Below are positions 26,710 to 39,772 of a stretch of 64,000 nucleotides of DNA, piece by piece. A program made the translations under genes and the position numbers. Origin of the DNA: Octopus vulgaris. Taxonomy: Eukaryota. A model generated the notes under the pieces. That model did no database searches. It was not told the origin of the DNA and was given only the letters and a program-made list of their open reading frames with translations. Numbering within the stretch: position 1 is the stretch's first letter; each line of letters starts with the position of its first letter. The stretch is from the NCBI GenBank assembly GCA_951406725.2, contig OX597815.1, positions 83,700,001-83,764,000 on the forward strand, given 5' to 3'.

Positions 26710-27592
26710 TCAAGGTGATGTGCTATTCTCTGAGATATTTCAGTCAACAGCGACAGAACGATCCAGGGTAATCCACCAGACACATTCATTAAAGACGGGG
26801 TAGAAAATACTTGTAGATTAATAGATGTAAATGTTCCCACTGACAAAAATCCATACTCTTTATCTTTTACTTTTTTGAGTCATTTGACTGCTGCCATGCT
26901 GGAGCACCGCCTTTAGTCGAGCAAATCGACCCCAGGACTTATTCTTTGTAAGCCAAGTACTTATTCTATCGGTCTCGTTTGCCGTACCACTAAGTTACGG
27001 GCACGTAAACATACCAGCATCGGTTATCAAGCGATGTTTCGGGGACAAACACAGACACACATATACACACACATGCATGCATATCAACATATATACGACG
27101 GGCTTCTTTCAGTTTCCGTCTACCAAATCCACTCACAAGGCTTTGGTCTGCCCGAGGCTACAGTAGAAGACGCTTGCCCAAGTTGCCACGCAGTGGGACT
27201 GGATCCGGAACCATGTGGTTGGTAAGCAAGCTACTTACCACACAGCCACTCCTACGCCTAGAAATTTGGCAACTGAAGTAAGTACAAGGATCTGGAACTT
27301 GAAATACAAAAGCGAGAACTGTTCCTGTTATTGTGGGTGCCCTAGGTATGATAAGAAAGGGTTGTTAAATATATCTAGCTAATATCCTACGACAACCGGG
27401 AGTACTGCATACATCTTTAGGAAAATCCTATCGATTTAAATGTCTATGTTGTATTACATGAAGTTATTTCGCTACTGCCCCTACGAATTTTCCTCCCCAC
27501 ACTGTAACATCTCTTCACTCGCCCAGGACGCTGGGTGTGTCTCGGCAAGTGATTGTAACAAACATGCAGTTTAAACGTAAATAATAATAATA
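26710..27592 (+). mobile_element. R4/Dong LINE 3' fragment interrupted by SINE B
   Basis: DRTIQGNPPD..TCRLIDVNVPTDKN [SINE B] SKYKDLELEIQK..VPVIVGALGM..TAYIFRKILSI*, 3'UTR and AAT tail. Confidence 0.88.
26854..27258 (-). mobile_element. Full-length SINE B
   Basis: tRNA-like head ggcgtaggagtggctgtgtggtaag, CORE-like ttgggcaagcgtcttc, internal TG/TA tract, tail ggtgctccagcatgg. Confidence 0.92.
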
Positions 27593-27635
27593 CGATAGGG
27601 TAGGACAGTATTTACATGGAAAGAAGTTAAACAGA

Positions 27636-28240
27636 ACGAATACAAATCAGCACTCCTGCTTACTGATATGAACATCATCCTGAACCAGTTATTGAAGGTA
27701 AAAACGTCATAATCCTCTGGAATTTTCCAGTCAACACTGACAGAATGATCCAAGCTAATCGAGCATACATAATTGTTAAAGACAAGGAAGAAAATACTTG
27801 TAGACTAATAGATGTAAGTGATCCCACTGATAAAACATATATTTTTAAAGGAATTTGACAAATGAGTAAATATAAGGACCTGGAAATTGAAATACAAAAT
27901 ATATGGAATCTTAAAAGGTGAACTGCTCCTGTTATAGTAGGGTGCCCTAGGTATGATTAAAAAAATGAGGATGTCAGAAACATCTAGGTAAGCTCGCCGA
28001 GGAACCATGTCTCAGAGAAGTCGAAACATTTGTACTGACAAATACTGCCCACATCCTAAGAAAAACCATATCCATTTAAATGTCTGTGTTGTATTGCATG
28101 AAGATATTTCGCTAACTCTCCTCCCCAAGCTTTCGGTCATACTGTAACATCTCTTATCCTTAACTCGCCCCAGGACACTGGGTGTACCTCGGCAAGTGAC
28201 TGTAACAAATATGCAGATTAAAAGTAAAGAAAATAATAAT
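27636..28240 (+). mobile_element. R4/Dong LINE 3' fragment, same family as 26710-27592
   Basis: YEHHPEPVIEGKNVIILWNFPVNTDRMIQANR..LIDVSDP..KYKDLEIEI..ILRKTISI*, with a closely similar 3'UTR. Confidence 0.9.
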
Positions 28241-28448
28241 CCTTTCTGCTAAACGCACAAGACCTGTAAATTGTTGTGGGGTGGTAGATAGTTGATCAAA
28301 TCTACCCAAGAACTTGACTGGTACCTAATTTATCGAACCCGAAATGATGAAAACCAAAGTCGAGCTCGGCGGAATTTGAACTCAGACGGAAGAAATACTC
28401 TTAAGCACTTTGCCCGGCATGCTAACGATTCTGCCAGCTCCCCGCCTT
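28240..28448 (-). mobile_element. SINE A2
   Basis: Reverse complement of head and tail (gctaacgattctgccagctcccgcctt). An extra tail fragment lies at 28468-28531. Confidence 0.85.
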
Positions 28449-29325
28449 AATAAGAATAATAATGAGATTTCAAATTTCGGCACAAGGCTAGCATGTTCGG
28501 AAGAGGATGAAAGTCGATTACATCGACCCCAGAGCTATTCTGCTCTACTATAACAGCAGCGAAAACAACAAGAACAACAGCCCCAACAGCACTACCACTT
28601 CTTATAGACAAAATAGAAGCAAACGAGATACAGACGTACTAGAAATACCGAACAAATTTGTCTCACATCCCATTCTACCTGCTTATTAAGAGAACAATCA
28701 GTATTGTAATCAGGGGATACACTGTCTAAAGAAAAAGACAAAAAGATAACAAACCTGGACGTTTCTGGTTGGAGCAATTTTACTCTTTGGTCTACGAGAC
28801 CGAAGGGGAAAAAGTTCGGTGATAACAGTAAAAATCAGCAGTCAAAGCGTCGTGCCCACCCCTAATTAACTCTACAACTTAGGAGACTAACACAACATAC
28901 ACCACATGCACACTGTAACCGAGTTTTATTAAGTCAATTCATACTCGTACCTTTTATTGCATAAACACAAGCCTTACCCCTCCCTATAGCAGCGCACCCA
29001 GTACGCTCGACACAATTGCTTTACCTTAAGGACGTCTTGTTGACATTAAATAAGTCTATAAAGCAGTTCCGTACATGTATAATAAACATGCATGACAATA
29101 TGGAACTTGTCATAGCTGCCATTCCTTTATGTTGGGAGTCATGTCAAAAGGACGCAAAACAACGGCTGCGGTAACAGATGGGAGTGGACTATAACACGAA
29201 TATACAATAAACACTCTCAAATAAAATGTGTCTGATATACTCTCCCCCAACTCTTCTCCTCCTCCCACATTTTCTTAATTTATCTTAATCTCTCTTTCTT
29301 TCTTACTCATTCATATCTCTCCCAC

Positions 29326-29393
29326 TCAGCCTCTCTACCTCTCCCTCTCTGCCTTCCCCTCTCTGCCTCTCCCTCTCTCTCTGCCTCTCCCTC
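29326..29393. repeat. Pyrimidine-rich minisatellite (ctctgcctctccctct-like, about 4 units)
   Basis: Directly visible. Confidence 0.7.
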
Positions 29394-29519
29394 TATATAA
29401 TTTGCGCTCTTTTATAATCCGTTTCACGTTATACATAATGTTACTTTTATCAATCTATCTGTTTACGTATCTCTTACTCTCTATAGACTTGCCATAAGAT
29501 TGTTAAAAATATATATATA

Positions 29520-29565
<46 letters not shown>

Positions 29566-29567
<2 letters not shown>

Positions 29568-29925
29568 CGCAGGAGTGGCTGTGTGGTAAGTAGCTTGGTT
29601 CCGGGTTCAGTCCCACTGCGTGGCATCTTGGGCAAGTGTCTTCTGCTATAGCCCCGGGCTGACCAATGCCTTGTGAGTGGATTTGGTAGACGGAAACTGA
29701 AAGAAGCCTGTCATTATATGTATATATATATGTGTGTGTGTGTGTGTGTCTGTATTTGTCCCCCTAGCGTTTATGTCCCCGTCACTTAGCGGTTCGGCAA
29801 AAGAGACCGATAGAATAAGTACTGGGCTTACAAAGAATAAGTCCCGGGGTCGATTTGCTCGACTAAAGGCGGTGCTCCAGCATGGCCGCAGTCAAATGAC
29901 TGAAACAAGTAAAAGAGTAAAAGAG

Positions 29926-29926
<1 letters not shown>
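29566..29926 (+). mobile_element. Full-length SINE B within a (TA)n tract
   Basis: Head ggcgcaggagtggctgtgtggtaag, B-box gggttcagtccc, tail ...tgactgaaacaagtaaaagagtaaaagag. Confidence 0.93.
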
Positions 29927-29966
<40 letters not shown>

Positions 29967-30214
29967 AGTAATTTAGAACACGCTTACAAATATAACAAAA
30001 TGTTAATAAAATTCAAAAACCAAAAGCATAAAATAGAAATTATAAAAACGTAAATATAGGAATAAACTAGGAGTACGCTAAAGAAATATATAAATTATAA
30101 GAGCGATGGCTTTGAAAACAAAAGTAGGAGCATGGATATCTAGATAATTTGTTTTATCCTAATTTTCTACGAAGCACTATCTAATTCTTCCTATTCTTAA
30201 GAAAAAAGTACCTA

Positions 30215-30306
30215 CCGTCTCTCTTCTCTTTTAATGTTCTTCTCTCTTTCTCACTTTCTCTATCTATCTATCTATCTATCTATCCATCCATCCACCTATC
30301 TATCTA

Positions 30307-30356
<50 letters not shown>

Positions 30357-30700
30357 TCTGTCACTCTTCCTCTTTCTTTCACACCCCCTCTCACTCTTTC
30401 TTTCTCTCACCCCTCTCTCACTTGCTCTTTCTTTCTCTCACGCCCTCTTACACTCTCTTTCTCTTCTTTCTTTCTTTCTTTGTTTCTGACCCACTCTCTT
30501 TCTCTCTCGCCCTCTCCTTTGTTCTTTCTCTATCACCCATTTTCTCCCTTTTTTTCGTTCTTTCTCACTCTCTCTTTCTTTTTCCTTCTTTTTATCTCAC
30601 CACCTCTCTCTCCCTTTACCACTCACTATCTTCCTCTCTCTCAGCCACTCTCAACCTCACTTTTTTTTCTCTCTCTCTCAATCTCTCAATCTTTTTCAAT
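30215..30700. repeat. Polypyrimidine low-complexity tract with (TATC)n/(TA)n
   Basis: Directly visible. Confidence 0.85.
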
Positions 30701-30774
30701 GCACACATACATAAATTCGACGGTGGTAGTGATAAGTTGTTTTTTTGTTTTTGTGTTTTTTTTTTGCAACAGAT

Positions 30775-30930
30775 CACCGTCGTTCGGCATTTAGAATTCA
30801 ATTGTTCGCTTAACTGACTTATGTGCTGGCTAATTAATGTTAAAGCGACCGAACACCTCACAAGCACGCGTGTACCCTTAACATAATTCTCAGACAAAAT
30901 TAGCTTGACACTAGTAGCACAAGGCTTGTC
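30775..30930 (-). mobile_element. Degraded 3' part of the SINE seen at 42963-43290
   Basis: ttaatgttaaagcgaccgaacacctcacaagcacgcgtgtacccttaacataattctca resembles 43037-43090. Confidence 0.5.
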
Positions 30931-31345
30931 AAGCGGTGAATTCACAAAAACAAGAATGTACACACACACACAAGCGCGTGCACTCACACACAAACAAACA
31001 AACAAATACACATACACACACACACACTTTCTCTCTCACTTTCACACACACACGTACTAAAAGGCACACGCACGCAAGCACGCAAATATCCACATGTATA
31101 CGACGAGCTTCCAGAGAGGTTTTGTCTAGCACTCAAAGGCAATAATTAATCGGTCTGAAAGTTCGTAGAGTGACACTTCACCAAGTCGCCGCACAGGGAA
31201 ACCGAACCGGAAGCCATGTGACTGCAAATTGAGCTTCCTAATAGCATATCATTATTGAGGGGGCTGGGGTATTATGGGTGTGTGAGTGCGTGTGCCGACG
31301 TCCAAATGTATAGATGTATAGATTTTTTTTAAATAGTTGTGTTGG

Positions 31346-31376
<31 letters not shown>

Positions 31377-31408
31377 CACACAGGCACACACACACACACA
31401 CACACACA

Positions 31409-31450
<42 letters not shown>

Positions 31451-31917
31451 GGACAATGATAATATAATAATAATGATGAAATTATTGCATACAGTGCTCA
31501 GGTGCACCACAATTATTGATGATGACAATGATAATAAATCCAGACAATTTTTTAAAAATAACTTTTATCAAAACAAGAGCTCCACCTCCCCTTAGAGTAG
31601 CCACCTGGTTTTGCCATTTTTAAAGACCAAGAATCAACTCATCACTTTCTATTGAAAGAACTGACTTTTTCATCTCAGAGTAAAACAAAGTCAATTAAAT
31701 TGAACAAAAGTTTAAATGAAATATTTTGTAAATATTTCCAGTATTCAAATAGGCAGGACATTTTCCTTCTCTCTCTCTCTCTCTCTCTTCTTTTGTGATG
31801 TCTCCGTAGATAGTAGCAGATCTGACGATTTATGGGTGCAGAGAAATATTTGGTTCTGGAGTTTGATGGTTTAAGTAGCAACAGCTAAACTAAAAAAAGG
31901 AGAGGGGCAAAGCTGTA

Positions 31918-31993
31918 GTAGAAGAAGAAGAAGAAGAAGAAGAAGAAGAAGAAGAAGAAGAAGAAGAAGAAAAAGAAAAAGAAGATGAAGAAG
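31918..31993. repeat. (GAA)n tract (another at 32274-32354)
   Basis: Directly visible. Confidence 0.95.
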
Positions 31994-32066
31994 CTCTTTA
32001 ACGTGAACGTGTTTACATTTGTCCAAATTAACGATATATTACAGGTGATAATAGGAATAAAACTAA

Positions 32067-32121
<55 letters not shown>

Positions 32122-32271
32122 CGCGCGTGTGTGTGAGTCTGTGAGTGTATATCAACTTTGAATCTCCGCAAAATCTCAAATTTTATTTAACTTGCTTTGC
32201 GGGAACAACTGTTTTGTCGAAAGCGTATTTTGTCGTGAATTGTAGGCCAATAATAATAATAATAATAATAA

Positions 32272-32302
<31 letters not shown>

Positions 32303-32357
32303 AAGAAGAAGAAGAAGAAGAAGAAGAAGAAGAAGAAGAAGAAGAAGAAGAAGAATA

Positions 32358-32750
32358 GAAAACACTCGGCGAGAAATGGAAGAAAATTTAAAGAAACTAG
32401 GGAAAAAAATAACAATAATAATAATTAATGCCCTGATGCAGTACCAGGCAGTGGCTCTCATGGCTTCTGATCTTCATCCTTAAACAACCCCCATCGAGGG
32501 ACATTTTGAGTGCAATAGGCTTCTCAGCCTGAAGAAAATTCTAACTGGGACCCACCTGCAAGATAATGCACTGTTTATCTTGATATGAGATTACTATGTC
32601 GGACACATATTGTTGTGATGCATGAGCCTAGTATTCCCTTATCTGACGCAGTCATGATGGTTGTATTGGGTTTCGTATATGTTATCCTAGTGTCACTTTG
32701 ATGTCACGCACTCCTCTCTCTAACTCAATAATAATAATAATAATAATAAT
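32358..32750 (+). mobile_element. X-(AAT)n-Y-(AAT)n composite, Y internally deleted
   Basis: X at 32358-32409, Y at 32428-32726 lacking about 260 bp present at 23672-23930. Confidence 0.85.
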
Positions 32751-32923
32751 CCTTTTTGCTATAGGCACAAGGCCTGAAATTTGGGAAGGAGGAAAGTCGA
32801 ATATAACGACCTCAGTGCGTAATTGGTACTTGATTTATTGACCCCGAAAGGATGAAAATCAAAGTCGACCTCGGCGGAATTTGAACTCAGAACGTAGCAG
32901 CAGACAAAATACCGCTAAGCATT
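32750..32923 (-). mobile_element. Headless SINE A2
   Basis: Minus strand begins aatgcttagcggtattttgtctgc and ends caggccttgtgcctatagcaaaaagg. Confidence 0.9.
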
Positions 32924-32935
32924 ATAATAATGATG

Positions 32936-33915
32936 TTTTTTTTACTGGCCACAAGGGCTGAACACAAAAATATATAGGGACAATATTAAAAAAAACAAGG
33001 GACAAGTGGAATTAAAAAAAAAGAAAACGTGTAAAGAATAAAAACGAAAACAATAAAACAGTTAACAATAAAAATTAAACAACAGAATTCCCCAATACGG
33101 GTAAATTCCATCTCGGGCCAACCAGGCACCCTACACATTCTGGTCATCCCGACTGTCAAGGGCACACCAGGTAGGCACCCAACTCCCCCTCAACTACTCC
33201 GGCTTACAGACGATTATTCAGACTAGACCCATCCACACGAGCCATTTTCACAACATCTACACACCTTTTAACAAACTTACTGGGGGTGCAGTACTTCCTT
33301 CTCTACCTTCACTGTCCTTTTCAAGTAGAACTTGAAAACTGCTTTTCCCTCCCGACCAAAAGAAGGCGGCGATACGATCTTCACAATGGACTCGGCTGAT
33401 ACCCGGACCCGTCCTACACGTGACAATAGCTGTTCGACAAAGCTCCACTGGCCAGTAATGTATGGACACTGGACAAGTGCATGCAGAACGGCTTCATTGC
33501 TCTGTGCAAACCTCGGACATGTCCGTCTGACAGCACTTTCCCATTCAATAGAGCTTGTCCCGAACCGGTAGAGCACCCCGTAACACTGACAGACCAGGAA
33601 TTTCTGGAAGTTATTTATAGGCACCAGCCCGAAAAACCTCTGGAAAAGACCATTTAGTTGATCCCTGTCGAGGCCCAGAGATTCCCCGAGTACATTGTCG
33701 GTCTTTCCCTCCACTAATTACCTATAGAACACCATGATGGACTTCCACTGACCGGGTTGCTCGACTGGCAGAAAGCTCTGAGCACTTGCCTATACTCTAG
33801 GTGTCAAGTGCCCTTTCTTGGCATGCGCTTGGCCCAGGACTGTAGCTCCGTCAATGAGATGAGCTGCGGAAAGACCTGTTTGACGAACGGCAACCACACC
33901 TGCCTTTCTTATTTT
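32936..33915 (-). mobile_element. Tx1/L1-clade LINE 3' fragment (zf-RVT region and 3'UTR)
   Basis: TCPRFAQSNEAVLHALVQCP (decayed CCHC knuckle)..WSFVEQLL..FYLKRTVKVEKEVL, T-rich 3'UTR ending agcccttgtggccagtaaaaaaaa. Confidence 0.8.
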
Positions 33916-34224
33916 GGGAGTTACGAGCACTGATGCCCTACCCACGAGAACTTTGATGATGTCTTTTGTTTTTGAAAGTTCTCGAATTTTGTCCTCGAAA
34001 ATAAATATAAACATTTCCTGTTTTGTGTTTCCAACATCACCAAACTTATTGTTTTTGTTGTTGCTGTTTTTATTGCTACTGTATTTGCTGTTAGTGGTGA
34101 TGGTGGTGGTGGTGTTGTGGGTCACTTCCATTGTTGCCACCCTTCACATCGCCGTCACCGCCTTCAATTGTAGTATTATTTTCTCTGCTGACATCCATCG
34201 TTCTGAATTGTGTTGCTGTCACTA

Positions 34225-34395
34225 ATACTACTACTACTACTACTACTTCTGCCGCTGCCGCTGTCTCCATCGCCACCGCCGCTGCCGCTGCTGTCATTGC
34301 CGCCACCATTACTGTCACCGCCGTCACCACTGCTGTCGCCGTCGCCACCGCTATCATTGCCGTCAATGTTGTTGCCAATACTTTCACTGCTGCTA
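34225..34395. repeat. Degenerate GCC/ACC/ACT trinucleotide tract
   Basis: Directly visible. Confidence 0.85.
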
Positions 34396-34476
34396 CTATG
34401 AGGTGGTCTTTGAACTTTGGTGCCCTTCATTTCCTCCTCCCACTTTCCGGTAATGATATCATAATGTTATCATAGG

Positions 34477-34711
34477 AAGGCGGCGAGCTGGCAGATACGT
34501 TAGCACGCCGGGCGAAATGCGTAGCCGTATTTCGTCTGCCGTTACGTTGTGAGTTCAAATTCCACCGAGGTCGACTTTGCTTTTCATCCTTTAGAGGTCG
34601 ATAAATTAAGTACCAGTTACGCACTGGGGTCGATGTAATCGACTTAATACCTATGTCTGTCCTTGTTTGTCCCCTCTATGTTTAGCTCATTGTGGGTAAT
34701 AAAGAAATAGG
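34477..34711 (+). mobile_element. Full-length SINE A1 with TSD
   Basis: Near-identical to the 2756 copy, taatgttatca duplicated at 34462-34472 and 34712-34722. Confidence 0.93.
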
Positions 34712-35049
34712 TAATGTTATCAGTAGCTGAGGGAAGGGAAATCTTCAGTATTCAAAAACATTTTTTGAGGAGTGGTGTTTTTTTTTTTTTCTTAAATCTT
34801 CCAAGATGCGTTCTGCCATCTTGTTTATCTATATTGTATTAAAACGCCCATCGAATTTATTTGGGCCGAATATAGCCCCGCCAGGGTCTAAACAAACACA
34901 GAATTTCAATGCCGGGTCCCTAGTGTTTCTATTAACAATCTGAAACAATGTTTAAACGAAAGAAACCGCAACAAACGGTTGTAAACAAGACTTATTTCAC
35001 ACCTTCGAAAATAGGTGTTGTGTTTAGCAGTAAAGTAGAAGAATCTTGT

Positions 35050-35180
35050 GGGAGGAAATAGTCGATTATTGACCACGAAATGTGAAAGGCAAAACTAACT
35101 TCAGTGAAATTTGAACCCAGAATGTAAAGACGGGAGAAATACCGCTAAGTATTTTGTCAGCGTACTAACAATTCAGCTAT
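35050..35180 (-). mobile_element. Degraded SINE A
   Basis: aaggcaaaactaacttcagtgaaatttgaacccagaatgtaaagacgggagaaataccgctaag. Confidence 0.75.
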
Positions 35181-35240
35181 ACCTTTTTGACTAATATCTG
35201 GTTCACTACACAGATGACCGAGATAGATTCAAGAGCTTCG

Positions 35241-35295
<55 letters not shown>

Positions 35296-36139
35296 TTTAT
35301 TAGAAAGTAAAATCTTCCCTCAGCATATTGAAAGAAAGCATTTTTAACATACTTTATCTGTTGAATCTTTCAAACTGGTTTCTCATTCATGACGCCAAGC
35401 AACAAAGCAATTAAAGCAGGAAGGGTAATTACTTTTTTACAATACATCAAACTCTGCTACAATTTAAACGAATACAACAAGTTTGCAGGAAACTGTGCAG
35501 TGATATCACATTGTTAAGTTTCTCACTAGTGACCCATTTTCACTTAAATGAAAAATGTGTTTTTTTATTTTTCTTCGGAACTACAATACAAGCGGCAAAA
35601 TGTGAAAGACATTAAGGAAGGAAGTATAATCTTTTTCTACCCAGTTTGTTTTGCTACTTTATTCAAAAACTCTTTACGCATATTTTATTAATTCTTTAGG
35701 AGAATCAAATTCATAAACAAAAAAATATTTGCCGTTTCCCCAGCCGCAACTTCAAAAAGGGAACATGAATCAAGAACTTTCATAATGTATACAAATGTTA
35801 TGTCTTTTCATCATTATTTTGCCTGTGACCATATATTTCAACATCTTCATTACAGATTTCGTTATTCCTACAGAGAGCCAGAACAACACTGAACGCACAA
35901 AACTGAATAATACTATAAGAGAACAGTGGAGAATAACAATGGAGTATTGATGTTATAACTGGGGCGGAGCCACTGCTGCATACGCTGACAACCCAGGATC
36001 CATGGAAAGTATGATAATTTGGCTAATTAGCATGAAGTCACTCAGCAACAGTGACTTTTAACTAATCCTACGAATGTCCTCCCTCCTCTCTGATATCTCT
36101 AATGCTCAATTTATTTTGAAGTATCCACCATCGGTATTT

Positions 36140-36453
36140 GTGGAGGCGCAATGGCCCATTGGTTAGGGCATCGGACTCGCGGTCGGAGGATCGCGGTTTC
36201 GATTCCCAGACCGGGCGTTGTGTGTGTTTATTGAGCGAAAACATCTAAAGCACTACGAGGCTCCCCTGTTGTGGCGTCCCCTGTTGTACTCTTTCGCCCC
36301 AACTTTCTCACACTCTCTTTTCCGTTTCTTGAGTAACGCTCCATGGACTGGCGTCCCGTCCAGCTGGGGGAAACACATACGCCACAGAAACCGGGAAACC
36401 GGGCCCATGAGCCTGGCTAGGCTTGAAAAGGGCACATAAATGAATAAAAAATT
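36140..36453 (+). mobile_element. tRNA-derived SINE C with V-domain-like centre
   Basis: A-box tggcccattgg, B-box gtttcgattcc, atggactggcgtcccgtccag (V-SINE-like by recollection), TSD atcggtattt/atcagtattt at 36130-36139 and 36454-36463. Confidence 0.85.
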
Positions 36454-37049
36454 ATCAGTATTTATGTAGCATTCCAAGAATATTTATGTTTTCTATAGTA
36501 TTTCTTACATAGTCACTGAATCTTTTACGTTTATAATATAGATTCAGTATGGATTGTGTGGCAATGAAATTCACTTCGAGGAAAGTGTTGCCCTACGTTC
36601 GCCCCTGCTGCATTAAAACTAGATTAACCAACGCTTTGGGTGTAGAATTTGGTAGAAGGGAACTATGTAGAAAGCTTCAAACGGATTGAGTTCAATTAAT
36701 CACGCAGGAATGAGTAAAACTCAAAGGAAATCAATAGGAAACCTCCTCTGTAATGAGCCAAATAAAATTCTTTCGATATTATACGAAGCCCCAAAAAGTA
36801 AAATATGACTGAATATCGTCATTCTTTTTATTCGTGTCATATAAACGTACTTAGACTGAACAATTGTTAGTTGTTTGTTCAACTCTTGTATCTTGGAACA
36901 TGCAAAACGATATAACTCGTGTGCGTGTGCGTGCACGCGCGTGTCTGTATACATATACATATACCCAGGCGTATTCCCTATTTTCTTAGGAGCGGGTAGC
37001 CACAGCAAGACACACACCTGGCATTCCGTTCATTTCCCAGCTCAAAGTG

Positions 37050-37092
<43 letters not shown>

Positions 37093-37107
37093 GCTGGCCT
37101 TGGCTAC

Positions 37108-37150
37108 TCTGCATTGATAAAGGACAAATACCCCGAAACAGGTCTACAGA
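37108..37150 (+). ncRNA. Decayed minimal hammerhead motif in a (TA)n-flanked module (37088-37318)
   Basis: tctgca TTGATAA agg..cccc GAAAC agG TC tacaga, with two core substitutions. Confidence 0.5.
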
Positions 37151-37315
37151 TGCCTGACCAGCAAGGGGAAGCGGCTGACTTCCTTTGTTCGAAGCTTATA
37201 ATGGACAAAGGTTCCTGTGTCATATAGCTAGCTAGAGGCGATGGCCTCTTGGAGCTAATCAACGGCAGCTTTAGTCCTATATTTGTGGACTGCCATAATA
37301 GCTTGGCTATAACTG

Positions 37316-37355
<40 letters not shown>

Positions 37356-37474
37356 TTTAATCAAATCAAAGGGAAATAGAATTTAATTAAAATTAAAATA
37401 TCCAATCAAAATTTACATTTCCAGTGGTCTAACGTGCAAAATAAATTAGTCAAGAAGACTATATATTAGTCATA

Positions 37475-37887
37475 CGATATACTGCATATTTATACACATA
37501 TGGAATCCACTTAACATGAATTCAACACATTAGAAAGAACAGCTAGGTTCTGTAAACCACAAAAATAACGGATAAAATTCGAATGGAATAAATTTGGAAA
37601 TGAAAAACATTTACCATCTAGTACCCTGAACCAATTGGTTTCTGATCATCTTTTAGCGAGTCAGGGGGAACTCACAAGGTGTGATCTTGTGAGTTCCCCC
37701 TGACTCGCTAAAAGATGATCAGAAACCAATTGGTCCAGGGTACTAGATGGTAAATGTTTTTCATTTCCAAATTTATTCCATTCGAATTCTATCCGTTATT
37801 TTTGTGGTTTACAGAACCTAGCTGTTCTTTCTAATGTGTTGAATTCACGTTAAGTGGATCCTTATGCGTATAAATATACACTATATC

Positions 37888-37888
<1 letters not shown>
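37475..37888. repeat. Long near-perfect palindrome (~204-bp arms, 7-nt spacer)
   Basis: ...gggggaactcacaag gtgtgat cttgtgagttccccc..., complementary out to cgatat/atatcg. Confidence 0.97.
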
Positions 37889-37942
<54 letters not shown>

Positions 37943-38070
37943 TAAAGAGAGAGAGAGAGAGATAAAGAGAGAGAGAGAGAGATGTTTAAATTATTGTTTG
38001 AAATGTTTTACGTATTTTATATATTAAGTAAAAAGAAGGTAGTCGGGATTTGGATAAAAACTACATATTT

Positions 38071-38103
38071 AATTACTTCGTCCCTTTCAGGGATTCATCA
38101 TGA
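38071..38103 (-). ncRNA. Decayed hammerhead motif
   Basis: Minus strand: c ATGATGA atccc tgaaa gggac GAAG taatt, compare canonical CTGATGA gtcc..ggac GAAA. Confidence 0.5.
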
Positions 38104-38904
38104 TGAATTTCAAACTAAATTCTTTGTACATATCTACATTATTCTGCCGATCTATATTCCATATACCTATTTCTCTGTCAATCCATCGATACAACGAATC
38201 TTGTATTACTGAATAACTACTTTTGACATGTATTGACCGGTTTGTCTTGTTCGTTACCTAGCAAGTTATCTAGATATCTATTTATAAAAATGCATATATA
38301 TGATTTTTTAAAATATATTTACATACATTTCATAATATGCATGTATGTCTCATTAAATCTTCTTTGAAATTTTTTCTGAGCTTCTTTCAGATTTTTTCCC
38401 CCTGTTTTGCAGAATTCATCATTTTTGCACTCAGCTGAATACAACATAGAACAAAAGCAACATAACGGAATTCCGAAAAGACCATAATCAAAGAAAGAAA
38501 CTAGCCTAGATATATCTAAAATCACGACACATCAAGGGAAAATATCTCAAAATATATAACACACAAATGCACACGATGTTACATACACATATAGTAAGCT
38601 AGAAGCAGAGGTACATATGAAGTGAAATTCATGAAAAAAATCACATGCATATGCACACAAGTATGGACAAAGATACGGAGAGGCATGCGTACGCATATCA
38701 TGTAAACACACAACACACACATACGTAAACACACAAACTCATTTATGTATGCCGGTGTCTGTTTGTTAGAAAGAATGTGTACAGGAGTGTATATATATGT
38801 GAAAAGCAAGAATTATATCTATAGTAAATCATTCTAGTCTGTTTGAAATAATAATAGTAAAATGCACTCAGGTAATCAGGAGGCAAGGTAGTATAATTTA
38901 AACA

Positions 38905-39480
<576 letters not shown>

Positions 39481-39729
39481 CTGTATGTGTGCATGCGCTA
39501 GTGTGTGTGAGTGGACGTGCGTGTATTTCACTATTTCACCTCAGAGAGAAGGAAAAAGTGGTCATTAGAGATGTAAAGTATATTTATCTAATGCAATATG
39601 GATTTACTTTGTAATTACTCTGAGTTTCTCCGGTATTGCTGAAGCATGTGTCTCTATGCGTATAACTGGATATTATGATGAGTATACATACACACGAACA
39701 CACGTAATACGTGTGTACTGTATGAGGTA

Positions 39730-39772
<43 letters not shown>

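Noticed and set aside
34091-34475. Poly-Ala/Thr and Gly/Ser ORFs resembling a transcription-factor exon or CpG island
   Set aside because: Degenerate trinucleotide tract between two retroelements, open in several frames, with no domain.
36140-36215. tRNA-Arg-like sequence (similar heads at 29566, 48755 and 50198)
   Set aside because: No complete acceptor stem, and the sequence continues into a SINE body, so these are SINE heads rather than tRNA genes.
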